Below are positions 50,560 through 60,362 of a DNA stretch of 64,000 bases, in pieces. The first letter of the stretch is position 1. Each line of letters starts with the position of its first letter. This DNA comes from an uncultured Gemmatimonadales bacterium (GTDB lineage: Bacteria; Gemmatimonadota; Gemmatimonadetes; Longimicrobiales; Gaopeijiaceae): assembly GCA_963809895.1 (NCBI GenBank), contig CAWELD010000003.1, forward strand, positions 3,168,001-3,232,000, given 5' to 3'. The position numbers were made by a program, and so were the translations under genes. A model generated the notes under the pieces. That model saw only the letters and a program-made list of their open reading frames with translations, made no database searches and had not been told where the DNA came from.

Positions 50560-50729
50560 GCATAACAACAAGGCTTCCGGCTCCGCGCCACGCCGTTGAA
50601 CGGCGCGGCGCTCCGTCCCAACCGTCCCACGACCAAGCGGAGGACCCTGGCGGAACCGGCTGCTCTCAGCGTACCCTGCGAGTCGAACGGTTGGACGGGG
50701 GCCGGTTCGGAAGCCCCTTCACGTTAGGC
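50560..50729 (+). repeat. attC-like site 6 (family A)
   Basis: GCATAAC-aacaa-GGCTTCCG...CGGAAGCC-ccttcac-GTTAGGC. Confidence 0.88.
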
Positions 50730-50772
50730 GTAATGTTCCGTGCCAAGTTATCCATTGTGACGGAGACAACTG

Positions 50773-52338
50773 GTGGTGCTTGAGCCCTTGCTAATTCCAA
50801 ACGTATCTTTGGAACCCCTTCGCGTTCTGTCAACATACGAGGGGGGCTTTGGTCGGGTTTACATCGTGGAGGCAAGCGACGGAGAGCGTTATGCCCTCAA
50901 GACACTGAAATGGGAGCTTGGCCAAGACCGTGCCACCCTACGCGACGAAGCAAGCAAGCTCGCCGACGTCACGAATCATGCAAATGTCGTCGAGATCATT
51001 GGTGTCTTCTGGCATCGAGACGATCCCTTCATCGGTATGCCATACTATCCCGCGACACTTCGCACCTACTTCTCCCAAGCCCACCTCTCCCTCGACCGCC
51101 TGACTAGTGCCATTGCCGATGTTGCCCGAGGTCTCGCTCATCTCCATGACCTTGGCGTGCTACACTTGGATCTCAAACCTGAGAACGTTCTTGCGTCTGC
51201 AGACGGCCACTTGGCCATTTCGGACTTCGGCTTATCTGCCGCCCTACCGCCGGTTACAGCCTCCAGCAAACATCGGCAGCTCTTCATGTCTGGTGTCACT
51301 GGCACCTTGGCGTATATGAGTCCCGAACACTTCGTCACGAGGCGTCTTAGCGCGAAGTCCGACGTCTTCGCACTTGGCACCATGATGTTTGAGGGGCTGA
51401 CGGGTCGTCATCCATTCCTTGCCGGATCACCAGAGGAAACGGTGCAGCATATCCTTCTGGTGAACCCGGCCTTTCAGCTTGCCGAGCGGCTTCGGCTGCC
51501 TGGGGTCTTGCGGGAACTTTGCCTGGCCTGCCTATCTAAGGCTCCGGAGCAGCGTCCGACCGCTCGCGAGGTGGCAACCTGTCTCCAAGGAAGGACCGGC
51601 CTTCCCACAGGGGCCAAGACACAAGACGTGGACCCATCTCGTCTGGTGAACAAGGCCAGCACGCTTCGCGCTGTGGGCAGGGTGGACGAGGCGCGCCAGA
51701 TACTTGAGGACTGTCTTCGCCACCACCCGTGGTATCTTTCGGCGCTCATCGGCCTTGCTTACACCCACTGGGACCAACACAACATACCGGAGGCGGCAGC
51801 AGTACTTGAGACTGCCCTTGAAGCCGAGGAGTGGATTGGGACCCCCGAGGAGATGGGAAACCTGCTCACCAATCTATCGTTCTACTATCTCAGTAGTGAT
51901 CCGGAGAGCAGCATACGTTTTGCCCGGCATGCCGCGGCCATCAATGAGAATGATTGGCAGGCGCTCGGCAATCTAGCCGAGGCATGCCGCCTCCTTGGCT
52001 CCCGTCGTCAGGGTTTGTTGGAGGAGGGACTGGATGTCTGTCGTCGCGCGATGAAGATCAACCCTGATGACTTGAAGCTGAAGGTGACTTACGGAGGTCT
52101 GCTGCTGGAGGCCAGTAATGCTGTCGAACTGTGGCCATTTGTTACGTCTCTGATCAACACTCATGGTGCTGATGACGTGCCGCTCCGCTTCTTGCTAATC
52201 GCTACCTTGGCATTCTACCGCAAGTTCGAAGACGCCGAACGGTGGCTGGCGCCTATGCGTCAGTACTCCAACCTACAACCGGTAGTGCAGGCAGCAGAGG
52301 AGGAGATCGCTCGGCGAAAGGGGGATGGACGCGTGTGA
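50773..52338 (+). CDS. Cassette Ser/Thr protein kinase with C-terminal TPRs
   Basis: GGFGRVY, ALK, HLDLKPEN, DFG, YMSPE, SDVFALG; helical repeats. Confidence 0.9.
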   Translation: MVLEPLLIPNVSLEPLRVLSTYEGGFGRVYIVEASDGERYALKTLKWELGQDRATLRDEASKLADVTNHANVVEIIGVFWHRDDPFIGMPYYPATLRTYFSQAHLSLDRLTSAIADVARGLAHLHDLGVLHLDLKPENVLASADGHLAISDFGLSAALPPVTASSKHRQLFMSGVTGTLAYMSPEHFVTRRLSAKSDVFALGTMMFEGLTGRHPFLAGSPEETVQHILLVNPAFQLAERLRLPGVLRELCLACLSKAPEQRPTAREVATCLQGRTGLPTGAKTQDVDPSRLVNKASTLRAVGRVDEARQILEDCLRHHPWYLSALIGLAYTHWDQHNIPEAAAVLETALEAEEWIGTPEEMGNLLTNLSFYYLSSDPESSIRFARHAAAINENDWQALGNLAEACRLLGSRRQGLLEEGLDVCRRAMKINPDDLKLKVTYGGLLLEASNAVELWPFVTSLINTHGADDVPLRFLLIATLAFYRKFEDAERWLAPMRQYSNLQPVVQAAEEEIARRKGDGRV

Positions 52339-52409
52339 TGTCGATATCATCCGAGCGCAAGGCGGTGTCGCGATCATCATGCTAACGCCGACCAGGCACT
52401 GAACACTAC

Positions 52410-52567
52410 GCCTAACAAATGCGTTGCGCCTACGCCGCGCAAGCGCGGCTCCGGAGAACACCGGCGCAGCGGGGCTGGTGGCCCGCAGGAAGCGGACGGA
52501 GTGATCGCCTGGAGCGCACCGTTCGCAGGTTGTGATGCGCCGACGTCGCAACTCTTGAACGTTAAGT
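52410..52567 (+). repeat. attC-like site 7 (family B variant)
   Basis: GCCTAAC...GTTGCG...CGCAAC-tcttgaac-GTTAAGT. Confidence 0.85.
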
Positions 52568-52655
52568 GTCATGCCGCGGCTGGCCGAACAAACGCCGAAA
52601 GGCTATCTTTCCCAAACAGAACGTAACCGTCCCCACTTCCGTCGAGAGGATCGAA

Positions 52656-53447
52656 TTGGCTGATCGGAGCGACATCGAGTGGACCGACGCTACGTGGAAC
52701 CCTACGACGGGTTGCACAAAGGTCTCACGCGGGTGTGACAACTGCTACGCCGAGGCCTTGGCACATCGCCTTCTTTCTGACACCTATCGTCGTCGACTCC
52801 CGGTAGTCCAGTCCCCTGAGAATCTGGCTGATCCGTTTGCAGTTCGGGTCTGGCCAGACCGTCTAGGAATTCCCCGGTCGTGGAAGGCGCCGCGGCGGGT
52901 GTTCGTGAATTCCATGTCAGATCTGTTCCACGCAGACGTGCCGGAACTCTTCGTTAGGCGGTGCTTCGAGGCGATGCTCGAAGCGGACTGGCATGAGTAC
53001 CAGATCCTGACAAAGAGGCCGTCGCGGGCTGCCAGATTCGTCGCTCGCAACTCTGATCTCTTCGAGCAGAACGGACTTCCAGCCCATATCTGGATCGGAA
53101 CGTCGGTGGAGGATCAGGCCGTTTCCCATCGCATCCGACACCTCCTCGCGGTGCCGGCAGCCGTACGATTCCTCAGTTGTGAGCCGCTTATCGGGGCTCT
53201 GTCCATTGCTGGCGATCTGGAGGAGCCGGACCCTGGAGTCCACTGGGTTATCGCGGGTGGCGAGAGCGGTGTCGGGGCGCGTCCAATGGAGCTGAGTTGG
53301 GCCCGCCGCCTCCGAGATGAGTGTGACGCGCTAGGGATCCCGTTTTTCTTCAAGCAGTGGGGAGGTAGGACCCCCAAGGCCGGAGGACGGGAACTCGATG
53401 GACGAACGTGGGACGAGTATCCCGAGAGTCGGCTTGCGTCGAAGTAG
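52656..53447 (+). CDS. Phage Gp37/Gp68 (DUF5131) radical-SAM-like protein
   Basis: IEWTDATWNPTTGCTKVSRGCDNCYAE, FVNSMSDLFH, GGESG, FFKQWGG. Confidence 0.92.
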   Translation: MADRSDIEWTDATWNPTTGCTKVSRGCDNCYAEALAHRLLSDTYRRRLPVVQSPENLADPFAVRVWPDRLGIPRSWKAPRRVFVNSMSDLFHADVPELFVRRCFEAMLEADWHEYQILTKRPSRAARFVARNSDLFEQNGLPAHIWIGTSVEDQAVSHRIRHLLAVPAAVRFLSCEPLIGALSIAGDLEEPDPGVHWVIAGGESGVGARPMELSWARRLRDECDALGIPFFFKQWGGRTPKAGGRELDGRTWDEYPESRLASK

Positions 53448-53454
53448 ATCAATC

Positions 53455-54548
53455 ATGGCGCAAGACGATGGAACGCTCTGGCCGCGGGGACCTCACACGG
53501 AGGGGAAGCACCTGGTCCTGAAGAACTACCTCGACGCATGGCTGCCAATCCTCGGTAGTTGGAACGGCCGCATCCTCTTCGTCGACGGGTTCGCGGGACC
53601 GGGCGAATACGAAGACGGAGAGGACGGATCTCCGATAATCGCTCTAAAGGCCTTCATCGACCATGCGCACAAGAGGGTCATTCGCGGCGAAGTGGCGTTC
53701 TTCTTTGTCGAGGAGGATGAGGCGCGTGCCACTCATCTCCGTGGGCGTGTGGAAGCGCTCAAGCCCGACCTGCCAGAAAACGCCAGGATTGAGATCCGCA
53801 CGGATCGATTCGAAGAGTCGATGAACGCGGTGCTGGACGAGATCGAAGATCGGGGTAAGAGACTCGCCCCATCGTTGGTGATGGCCGATCCTTTCGGTGT
53901 GTCGGGCACGCCGATGAGCGTGATGGAGCGCATTCTCGGGTATCCGACCTGCGAGCTTTACATCTCGTTCATGTACGAGAGCATCAATCGCTTCCTTGGC
54001 ACCGAGGAATTTGCTCCCCACCTCGATGGTCTCTTCGGCACAGATGAGTGGAGAGCCGGACTCGATTTGGCTGGTGAGGAAAGAAAACGGCTCCTGTACG
54101 CGCTTTACGCGCGCCGCCTTAAGGACATCGGAGCCGAGCATGTGGTGCACTTCGACTTGTATGAGGGCAATCGGCTGGTGTATGCCATCTTCTTCGCGAC
54201 GCGGCACTTGAAGGGGTGCGACCTGATGAAGAAGGCGATCTGGAAGGTCGCACCGTCTGGGGACTTCGCGTTTCGCGGTGCCAGGAATGATCAGCTGGTG
54301 CTTGGAGTCGACAACCCGGATTTTTCCCGCTGAGGGCGCTACTCGCGGAGCGGTTCCGCGGGCAGGAATGGGTGGAGATCGACGACGTCCTCGAGTTCAT
54401 GGCGTCTGACGAGGTGGAGTATCACACGGGCCACCTGAAGAAGCAGGTTCTGAAGCCAATGGAGATCGAAGGTCAGATCGAAGTGGACGAGTCGAGTCGT
54501 AATCGCAAGAAGACCTACCCGAGCGGAAGCCGGATCCGCTTCATTTAG
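53455..54548 (+). CDS. Three-Cys-motif partner protein (TcmP-like), frameshift near 54325
   Basis: HTEGKH, DGFAGPG, DPFG, MKKAIWK; C-terminus continues in another frame after GATTTTTCCC. Confidence 0.8.
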
Positions 54549-54586
54549 GCATTGAGTCAGGCCACCGTGCGGAACGAAGGCACGAC

Positions 54587-54682
54587 ACTTAACTCAAGGT
54601 TGCCGCCTCCGTTCGCCTTCGCTCACTTCGGTGAATCACGGCGCCTCCTGGGCGCCGCGCCGGCAACCCCGACACGTTAACC
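54587..54682 (+). repeat. attC-like site 8 (family B)
   Basis: ACTTAAC-tcaag-GTTGCCG...CGGCAAC-cccgacac-GTTAACC. Confidence 0.88.
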
Positions 54683-54745
54683 GACATGGCTCAAGGCCTG
54701 CAACCTGAAAGGAGGCAGTGGCATGCGACACGCAAAGGCCTTCCG

Positions 54746-55765
54746 ATGACCGCGAAATCTAAGGGGCTGGATGAGAGTGGCTTCCAGAACTTGGGGATCA
54801 TCTACTCGTTATTGTTTTTTCTCTTGGGGATCGCCCTCCTCGTGGGAAGCACGTATGTGACACATGAGCTCGTGTCGCATCTGTTGAGGGATATGGGGCT
54901 CGCGGCGTTAGTCGGCCTCTATCTCATGTGGACACTCGAGAGACTGAACAAACGCCGAGTACAGGCCGAGGTGCAGGAGTATATCGAAAGCGTCGGGGAA
55001 AACTTTATAAGTACCGTCTATGGGCGCTTCCTGCCGCCCGCTCTGTTCGACGTGATCCGCCGTTCCCTGTTCGACCAGAGCTTCTTAAGGACGGTATATA
55101 GCATTGACCTCTCTCTACAGAACCTCACATCAGCCGCGATCGATTCTGCGTCAGGCCCGGTGCGAGACATGCTAAGCGCATTCGTCGCGAGAGCTGACGC
55201 TGAAAGCTTGGATCGCCAGGACCTCATAGTCTTGCAGATGACCCTGTATTACGAGGTCCGGAACGTCGCCGCGGCAGCAGATGACTACGCTGTACGGTTG
55301 GAGATTCCGAAACCCTTCGGCAGAGAATACGAGGGTCTGGCCGGCATAACATCGGTGAGTATAGACGGACGGGAGATGATCAGTGAAGCGCCGTACTGGG
55401 GTGAGGAGTCCGAAGGACGCAACCCGAATATGGTCTTTTTCTCGGAGGGCGTGAGAATGAAGCCCGATCAGACGATCCGGGTGACACTTGAAGCATACTC
55501 TGTCCGGCGAATGGATGACTGGGAGCCGTGGCAGACCATGGTCCCTTCGCACGGCATGACGGTGAGAGCAAGGGATCTCGATGGTGACAAGGACATCACG
55601 TTAAGCTTGGACGCGCCCCTGTTGGAAGGAGAGGCGACATACGCGGACAAGGACCAACGGACCAACCGGGCAGTGTTGATGGTTTCCCAGTACTTGCTAC
55701 CGTTTCAGGGGGTGACGATTAGTTGGAGGAGACGGCGGGACGCGAAGGAGGATGGGGTGGAGTAG
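54746..55765 (+). CDS. Cassette protein with two N-terminal TM helices and a beta-rich soluble domain
   Basis: Long ORF filling cassette 9. Confidence 0.75.
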   Translation: MTAKSKGLDESGFQNLGIIYSLLFFLLGIALLVGSTYVTHELVSHLLRDMGLAALVGLYLMWTLERLNKRRVQAEVQEYIESVGENFISTVYGRFLPPALFDVIRRSLFDQSFLRTVYSIDLSLQNLTSAAIDSASGPVRDMLSAFVARADAESLDRQDLIVLQMTLYYEVRNVAAAADDYAVRLEIPKPFGREYEGLAGITSVSIDGREMISEAPYWGEESEGRNPNMVFFSEGVRMKPDQTIRVTLEAYSVRRMDDWEPWQTMVPSHGMTVRARDLDGDKDITLSLDAPLLEGEATYADKDQRTNRAVLMVSQYLLPFQGVTISWRRRRDAKEDGVE

Positions 55766-55824
55766 TAGTGGGGGGACCTTGGGCGGGGGTGTGAGAGCGT
55801 GGAAGTGGTGAGCTGCGCCACGTC

Positions 55825-55842
55825 GGTTAAAAGGAGTTAAGT
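55825..55842 (+). other. Minimal attI-like cassette junction
   Basis: GGTTAA-AAGGAG-TTAAGT with no hairpin. Confidence 0.75.
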
Positions 55843-55910
55843 GCCACTGCCATTGGAACGGTCTCCGTACGGGGCTCACTGGAAACCTAGAGCTGGAAGA
55901 GGGTGCGGCG

Positions 55911-57653
55911 ATGCGAATCGAGAGCGTTGAGATCGAGGGATTTAGGTCGTTCGGGCTCGACCCTGTCTTGATCCGCTTCCCGGAGATTGACGTGCCGATA
56001 TCAGTCATCGGGCACAACAACTCGGGGAAGAGCAACTTCCTCGCCGCGCTGCTGCACGGCACCGCCACGCGGCCGTCCTACCCGAACAACTTCAGTCTGG
56101 ATGACCTTTTTGGACGGGATGAAGGGACGATCTGCAACATCGACGTGCGGATCTCGCCACCCCTACTGAGTGCGAATGCCTTCAACAACGTGACCGAGAT
56201 GCCTTCGCTTCGGCTTCGGATACAATGCGAGGCGGGCGTGATCGAAACGTCCCATTACTGCTTCGATCCTGACGGGAAGCAGGTCTACAACGTTCGGTCG
56301 GTCAAGCGAAGTAAGAGCAAGGTCTATTCGGAGGACGAAAAGGAGACGCTGACGACGTACGCGCGCACCGGCGCGGAGCAGGTGCACAAATGGCGCTCCA
56401 AGATCCCCATCTACTACATCGGTCCGGAGACGCTGTATAAGGAGCTGACTCCGTCCCGGTTCAGTCTGCTGGGGAAGGTGATCGACTCGTTCCGGGCCGA
56501 GTTTGAGGACCCGGAGAGCACGATGGAGGCGGCGGACGGCGTGGTGGACTCCCACATCGGGCGACCGCGTGCCGAGATCTACGAACAGGCGATGCGATAC
56601 ATCGAGGAGCACGTTCTCCCGGCATCTGGCTTTCGGGCTTTCGTAGATGAAGTTGAGGCGATCGTCCGGGAGCAACTCGCCGTAGACGAGGAGTCGTTCG
56701 GGGTTCGATTCAGACCACCAGTTGCGGACGCGTTCTTCAAGAACCTTCGGTTTCACATCAGGGAGAATGAGCATCGACCGTTGCTCCCGATCGACCGGAT
56801 GGGGTCCGGCTTCGTCTCTCTGTTTGTGGTGGCCCTACTGCGAGCCCTCGTCGACACCGACGAGGGTGGAAAGATCTTCTTGCTCGAAGAGCCCGAGACC
56901 TATCTCCACGAGCACTACCAGGACTACTTCTACGAAGTGCTGTGCGAGCTCGCTGAGTCAAACCAGGTGGTCTACACGACTCACTCGAAGAAATTCGTGA
57001 ACGTCTTCCGGCCGGAGTCCATCATTCGACTTAGCGCGACTCCCGACGGGACTGTCCCCGTGACGGCGGGGGGCGGGGCCGTAGACTTCCCGGACGGCGT
57101 TGACGGCTACGAGCTGAAGAGCCCCGAGGACTTCCCGAAGTTTCTTTGTACCCTGGAGCCGAATCTCGGGAACACAGTGTTCGCTTCACGCGTCGTTGTG
57201 GTAGAGGGCCCGCACGACCTCTTGGCCTACCGAACCGCCCTCGACGGATCCGTCGAATGGGGACTTCGGAACACCGCGGTGGTCAGTGCGTGGGGTAAGG
57301 ACACCGTCGCGGCGCTAGTTGAACTCTGCCACGCCTTCGAAGTACCTGTCTTCGCGATCCACGACCGAGATCTTCCGCAAGAGATCAGTGACGACGATCC
57401 GGTTGATTCCCTGACTCCCGGTCAGAAAGCCCAGCGGACCAAGAATGCACGGATCGCGGGCTTGTCGGGACCCAATCACGTCCACCAGAATCGACCGAAT
57501 CTCGAGGGCGTCCTGGGGATCCCACCGGAGGAGAAGTCCGCCGAAGCCGTCTTCGGCGCGTTAGCTGGGAAGGATCTCCACGAGGTTCGGACCGAGTTCC
57601 CTGGGCTGATTCCCGACGCTCTCCTCGAGTTTCTTCAAGTACCGACCGATTAG
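55911..57653 (+). CDS. OLD family ATP-dependent endonuclease (ABC ATPase + TOPRIM)
   Basis: GHNNSGKS, MGSG, LLEEPE, TTHS, VEGPHD, HDRD. Confidence 0.9.
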   Translation: MRIESVEIEGFRSFGLDPVLIRFPEIDVPISVIGHNNSGKSNFLAALLHGTATRPSYPNNFSLDDLFGRDEGTICNIDVRISPPLLSANAFNNVTEMPSLRLRIQCEAGVIETSHYCFDPDGKQVYNVRSVKRSKSKVYSEDEKETLTTYARTGAEQVHKWRSKIPIYYIGPETLYKELTPSRFSLLGKVIDSFRAEFEDPESTMEAADGVVDSHIGRPRAEIYEQAMRYIEEHVLPASGFRAFVDEVEAIVREQLAVDEESFGVRFRPPVADAFFKNLRFHIRENEHRPLLPIDRMGSGFVSLFVVALLRALVDTDEGGKIFLLEEPETYLHEHYQDYFYEVLCELAESNQVVYTTHSKKFVNVFRPESIIRLSATPDGTVPVTAGGGAVDFPDGVDGYELKSPEDFPKFLCTLEPNLGNTVFASRVVVVEGPHDLLAYRTALDGSVEWGLRNTAVVSAWGKDTVAALVELCHAFEVPVFAIHDRDLPQEISDDDPVDSLTPGQKAQRTKNARIAGLSGPNHVHQNRPNLEGVLGIPPEEKSAEAVFGALAGKDLHEVRTEFPGLIPDALLEFLQVPTD

Positions 57654-57686
57654 GGTGTGCTCGCGTGCGCCCGAGAGGCGATTCAT

Positions 57687-58232
57687 ATGAGGATTAGGTC
57701 CCTCAAAGGCCTTCTCGCGAAGTACGATGCGGCCCCAGGACGGGTGCGTGCCTACTTCCCTCACTTCAAGCAACTCGCTGAAGACTTCCCGTATGACGTA
57801 GTCCTTGCCTACGTGTTTGGTCAGGTCGAGCTAGCGCAGAACATGACGCTGTATTGTGGGATCGTGAAGCTGCATCGCGCCGATGCGAGCTTGGCTCGAA
57901 AGGTGGTCGACTCCCACCACATGACCCGACCGGGGTTCAGGGAGAAGGTCAAGGTGGTTTACGGCACGCCAATCCCCGCCGATATCACCGCGAAACTCGA
58001 CAGGGCCGAGAAGACGCGAGACAAAGTGATGCACGGGAAGGCCTGTACGGACGCTGAGAAGCGGAACGCGTTGGGCTACGTTCTAGAGTATGCCGAGGAC
58101 TTGAATGCCCACCTAGAGGAGTTGGCCGGCATTCAGCCGTTCGGGGACCTTCGTGGCTTCAAGGGACGAGCCAAGAGTCTCGATAAGAAAACGACCAGGT
58201 GGATCCTGAAGGGTATGGGTTTCGGCGCATGA
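57687..58232 (+). CDS. Putative HEPN-like protein
   Basis: All-helical character, RDKVMH (Rx4H) motif. Confidence 0.5.
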   Translation: MRIRSLKGLLAKYDAAPGRVRAYFPHFKQLAEDFPYDVVLAYVFGQVELAQNMTLYCGIVKLHRADASLARKVVDSHHMTRPGFREKVKVVYGTPIPADITAKLDRAEKTRDKVMHGKACTDAEKRNALGYVLEYAEDLNAHLEELAGIQPFGDLRGFKGRAKSLDKKTTRWILKGMGFGA

Positions 58233-58240
58233 GCAGCGTC

Positions 58241-58399
58241 ACTTAACTGAGTGTTGCCGCCTTCGTTCGCTTCGCTCACTTCGGTGAATCACGGCCCCGA
58301 ACTCTTCTGGCTGTTGGAGCAGTAGCTGGAGCGTGAGCTGACCGGTGTGCCAGGCCGGCTCGGTTTTCGGGCCGCGCCGGCAACACAATCACGTTATAT
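58241..58399 (+). repeat. attC-like site 10 (family B)
   Basis: ACTTAAC...GTTGCCG...CGGCAAC-acaatcac-GTTATAT. Confidence 0.88.
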
Positions 58400-58482
58400 G
58401 AAACTCGGAACGAGCATGTGGAGGGGACGGACCTGAGGGTGTATACTCTGGTGAACCTCATGTTGTCCGGGAGGGCTGAGCC

Positions 58483-58713
58483 ATGAACGACGAGTCTACA
58501 AAGGATGAGGTGGTCGAGGAGTTGAACCGATTGGCCGAAGCCGATCGGCGTCGGGTCCTGGACTACGCTCGTTCACTCGGCCGCCGCGTTTCGAAGGGCG
58601 TGGCCGGCGACTCACTTCTGTCGCTGGCTGGGTCGTTACCAGAGGCGGAGGCATCGGCCATGGAGGCGGCCATTGAGGATGGGTGTGAGCGGGTGAACCT
58701 CGGTGCCTGGTAG
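58483..58713 (+). CDS. Putative antitoxin (VapB-like)
   Basis: Small ORF overlapping a PIN toxin start. Confidence 0.65.
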   Translation: MNDESTKDEVVEELNRLAEADRRRVLDYARSLGRRVSKGVAGDSLLSLAGSLPEAEASAMEAAIEDGCERVNLGAW

Positions 58714-59221
58714 GGCACTTCTCGATACGAGTGCCGTCGTCGGGCTCCTGCGCGGCGACAAGTCTGCAGTGAAGAAGGTCGGATCTCTGGACGAGGCATT
58801 CACGAGCATCGTGGTGATCGGCGAACTCCTTTACGGAGCTCGCCTCTCGACGGGTGCAGAAACGAACCTGGCGCTGGTTGCCTCGTTTGCGTCGTCGATC
58901 ACCGTCCTCGTTGCCAAGGAACTGGACGTGTCTCTATCGAAGGTGCCGGAACTTAGGGCAAGGTTCGAGCGGGCCCGCGACATTGTGGACGCGGCAACCC
59001 CCGCAGACGCCTTCCGGAGAGGTGTCCGCTATTCGATCCAGGACGCCCTCGAGGAAGGTCTGGGGTCCCCCGAGGCGATCGAACGCCTGGTCGTACAGAT
59101 TTGCTACAGGGCTGCCGATCTGAGTGTGTTGTTGGACTCGGAGGGGAGTGCGTTGTCCGACTACTCCGCCGAGCTCCGTGTCGAATCGGATGTCTCAGGT
59201 CTTGGCGGCGAGGGTATGTAA
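58703..59221 (+). pseudogene. Truncated VapC/PIN toxin fused to an unrelated ORF tail
   Basis: LLDTS and VIGELLYG present; second half lacks PIN C-terminal acidic motifs. Confidence 0.65.
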
Positions 59222-59253
59222 TGGCGGGCTGAGCCTTGGGGCGGGCCAACAGC

Positions 59254-59271
59254 AGATAAAAGGAGCTATCT
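59254..59271 (+). other. Second minimal attI-like junction (GTT mutated to GCT)
   Basis: AGATAA-AAGGAG-CTATCT; right part complements the inverse core CAGATAAC at 60150. Confidence 0.65.
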
Positions 59272-59334
59272 GAAGCTGGCTTCGCAACCCGCACTCACGC
59301 GTCGCGACGGGAACTGACTGGGAGAGTCTGGCGT

Positions 59335-59358
59335 GAGTATACTAGTATCGGTATACTC
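59335..59358. promoter_or_regulatory. Palindromic operator / -10 region of TA operon
   Basis: GAGTATAC-N8-GTATACTC containing TATACT. Confidence 0.6.
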
Positions 59359-59387
59359 GTTCATGAGCAGACGCGACGCCCAAGCCG

Positions 59388-59732
59388 GTGGTCTGGCTCG
59401 GATCGGCCCGATCGGACCTACGCTCGTTCCCGGAGGAGGTCCGTACAGACGTGGGCTTCGCCCTCTGGGTGGCACAACGGGGTGGACGGCCCGCCCAGGC
59501 GAAGACGCTCAAGGGAATCGTCTCCGGTGCGGGCGTGCTCGAGCTGGTCGAGCGCCGCGACGGGGACACCTATCGAGTGGTGTACACAGTACGGTTCGCG
59601 GATGCGGTGTACGTACTCCACGCATTCCAGAAGAAGTCGAAGCGCGGAATCAAGACGCCGAAGCATGAGATCGACCTGATTCGGTCGCGGCTCAAGGCCG
59701 CGGAAGAGCACTACGGTGGGAGCGGACGATGA
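59388..59732 (+). CDS. RelE/HigB-like toxin (Gp49/DUF891)
   Basis: TYRVVYTVRFADAVYVLHAFQKKSKRGIKTP. Confidence 0.88.
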   Translation: MVWLGSARSDLRSFPEEVRTDVGFALWVAQRGGRPAQAKTLKGIVSGAGVLELVERRDGDTYRVVYTVRFADAVYVLHAFQKKSKRGIKTPKHEIDLIRSRLKAAEEHYGGSGR

Positions 59733-60058
59733 CCAAGGACCAGATTGAGGAGAGTTCGGGGAACGTATTCGCGGACCTAGGTCTCGCCGAGGCGGAAGAA
59801 CTCCATACAAAGGCTCAGCTTGCGCATCGGATCGGCGAGATCGTTCGCGGTCGCCACCTCACGCAGGCCGAGGCTGCGGACGTGCTTGGTGCGACGCAGC
59901 CGATCGTCTCGAGGCTGATGCGTGGCCAGCTGCACGGATTCTCGCTAGAGCGTCTCATGCGGTTCCTCAACGCTCTGGACCGCGACGTTGAGATCGTGGT
60001 CCGGCGCCGGCCACGGAGTCGAGATCACGGCGAGACACGGGTGAAGGTCACCGGCTGA
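59729..60058 (+). CDS. XRE/HTH antitoxin (HigA-like)
   Basis: SSGNVFADLG, LTQAEAA, GFSLERL. Confidence 0.88.
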   Translation: MTKDQIEESSGNVFADLGLAEAEELHTKAQLAHRIGEIVRGRHLTQAEAADVLGATQPIVSRLMRGQLHGFSLERLMRFLNALDRDVEIVVRRRPRSRDHGETRVKVTG

Positions 60059-60150
60059 CCCGCCGGGTAACGACAGTCACCCGCTTGGAGAGACGCCCGA
60101 GTTGGGTTCGTTTAAGCCGCTCTGGTTCTCCGACCAACGAAGCCATCAAC

Positions 60151-60314
60151 AGATAACTCCAGGCTCCCGGCTCCGCACCGCTGAACGCGGCGCTCCGTCC
60201 CAACTGGCCTCGGCCGTCTCGGAAGGGGGTTTCGCATCGGCTGCGAAGGGACGTATGCTGGCCGCATGAAGCCGTGCTAACGGGGGCCAGTTCGGAAGCC
60301 CCTTCACGTTAGAC
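60151..60314 (+). repeat. attC-like site 12 (family A, close to site 5)
   Basis: AGATAAC...CGGAAGCC-ccttcac-GTTAGAC. Confidence 0.85.
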
Positions 60315-60362
60315 GGAATGGCATCGTCAACGAGTGGACCATCTGGCTTGGAAGCGGAGTCT

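Noticed and set aside
30990..59390. Programmed frameshifting in luxC-like, IS110, tcmP-like and other genes
   Set aside because: Scattered single-base shifts, some at short homopolymers, fit sequencing indels or decay better; read-level checking is needed
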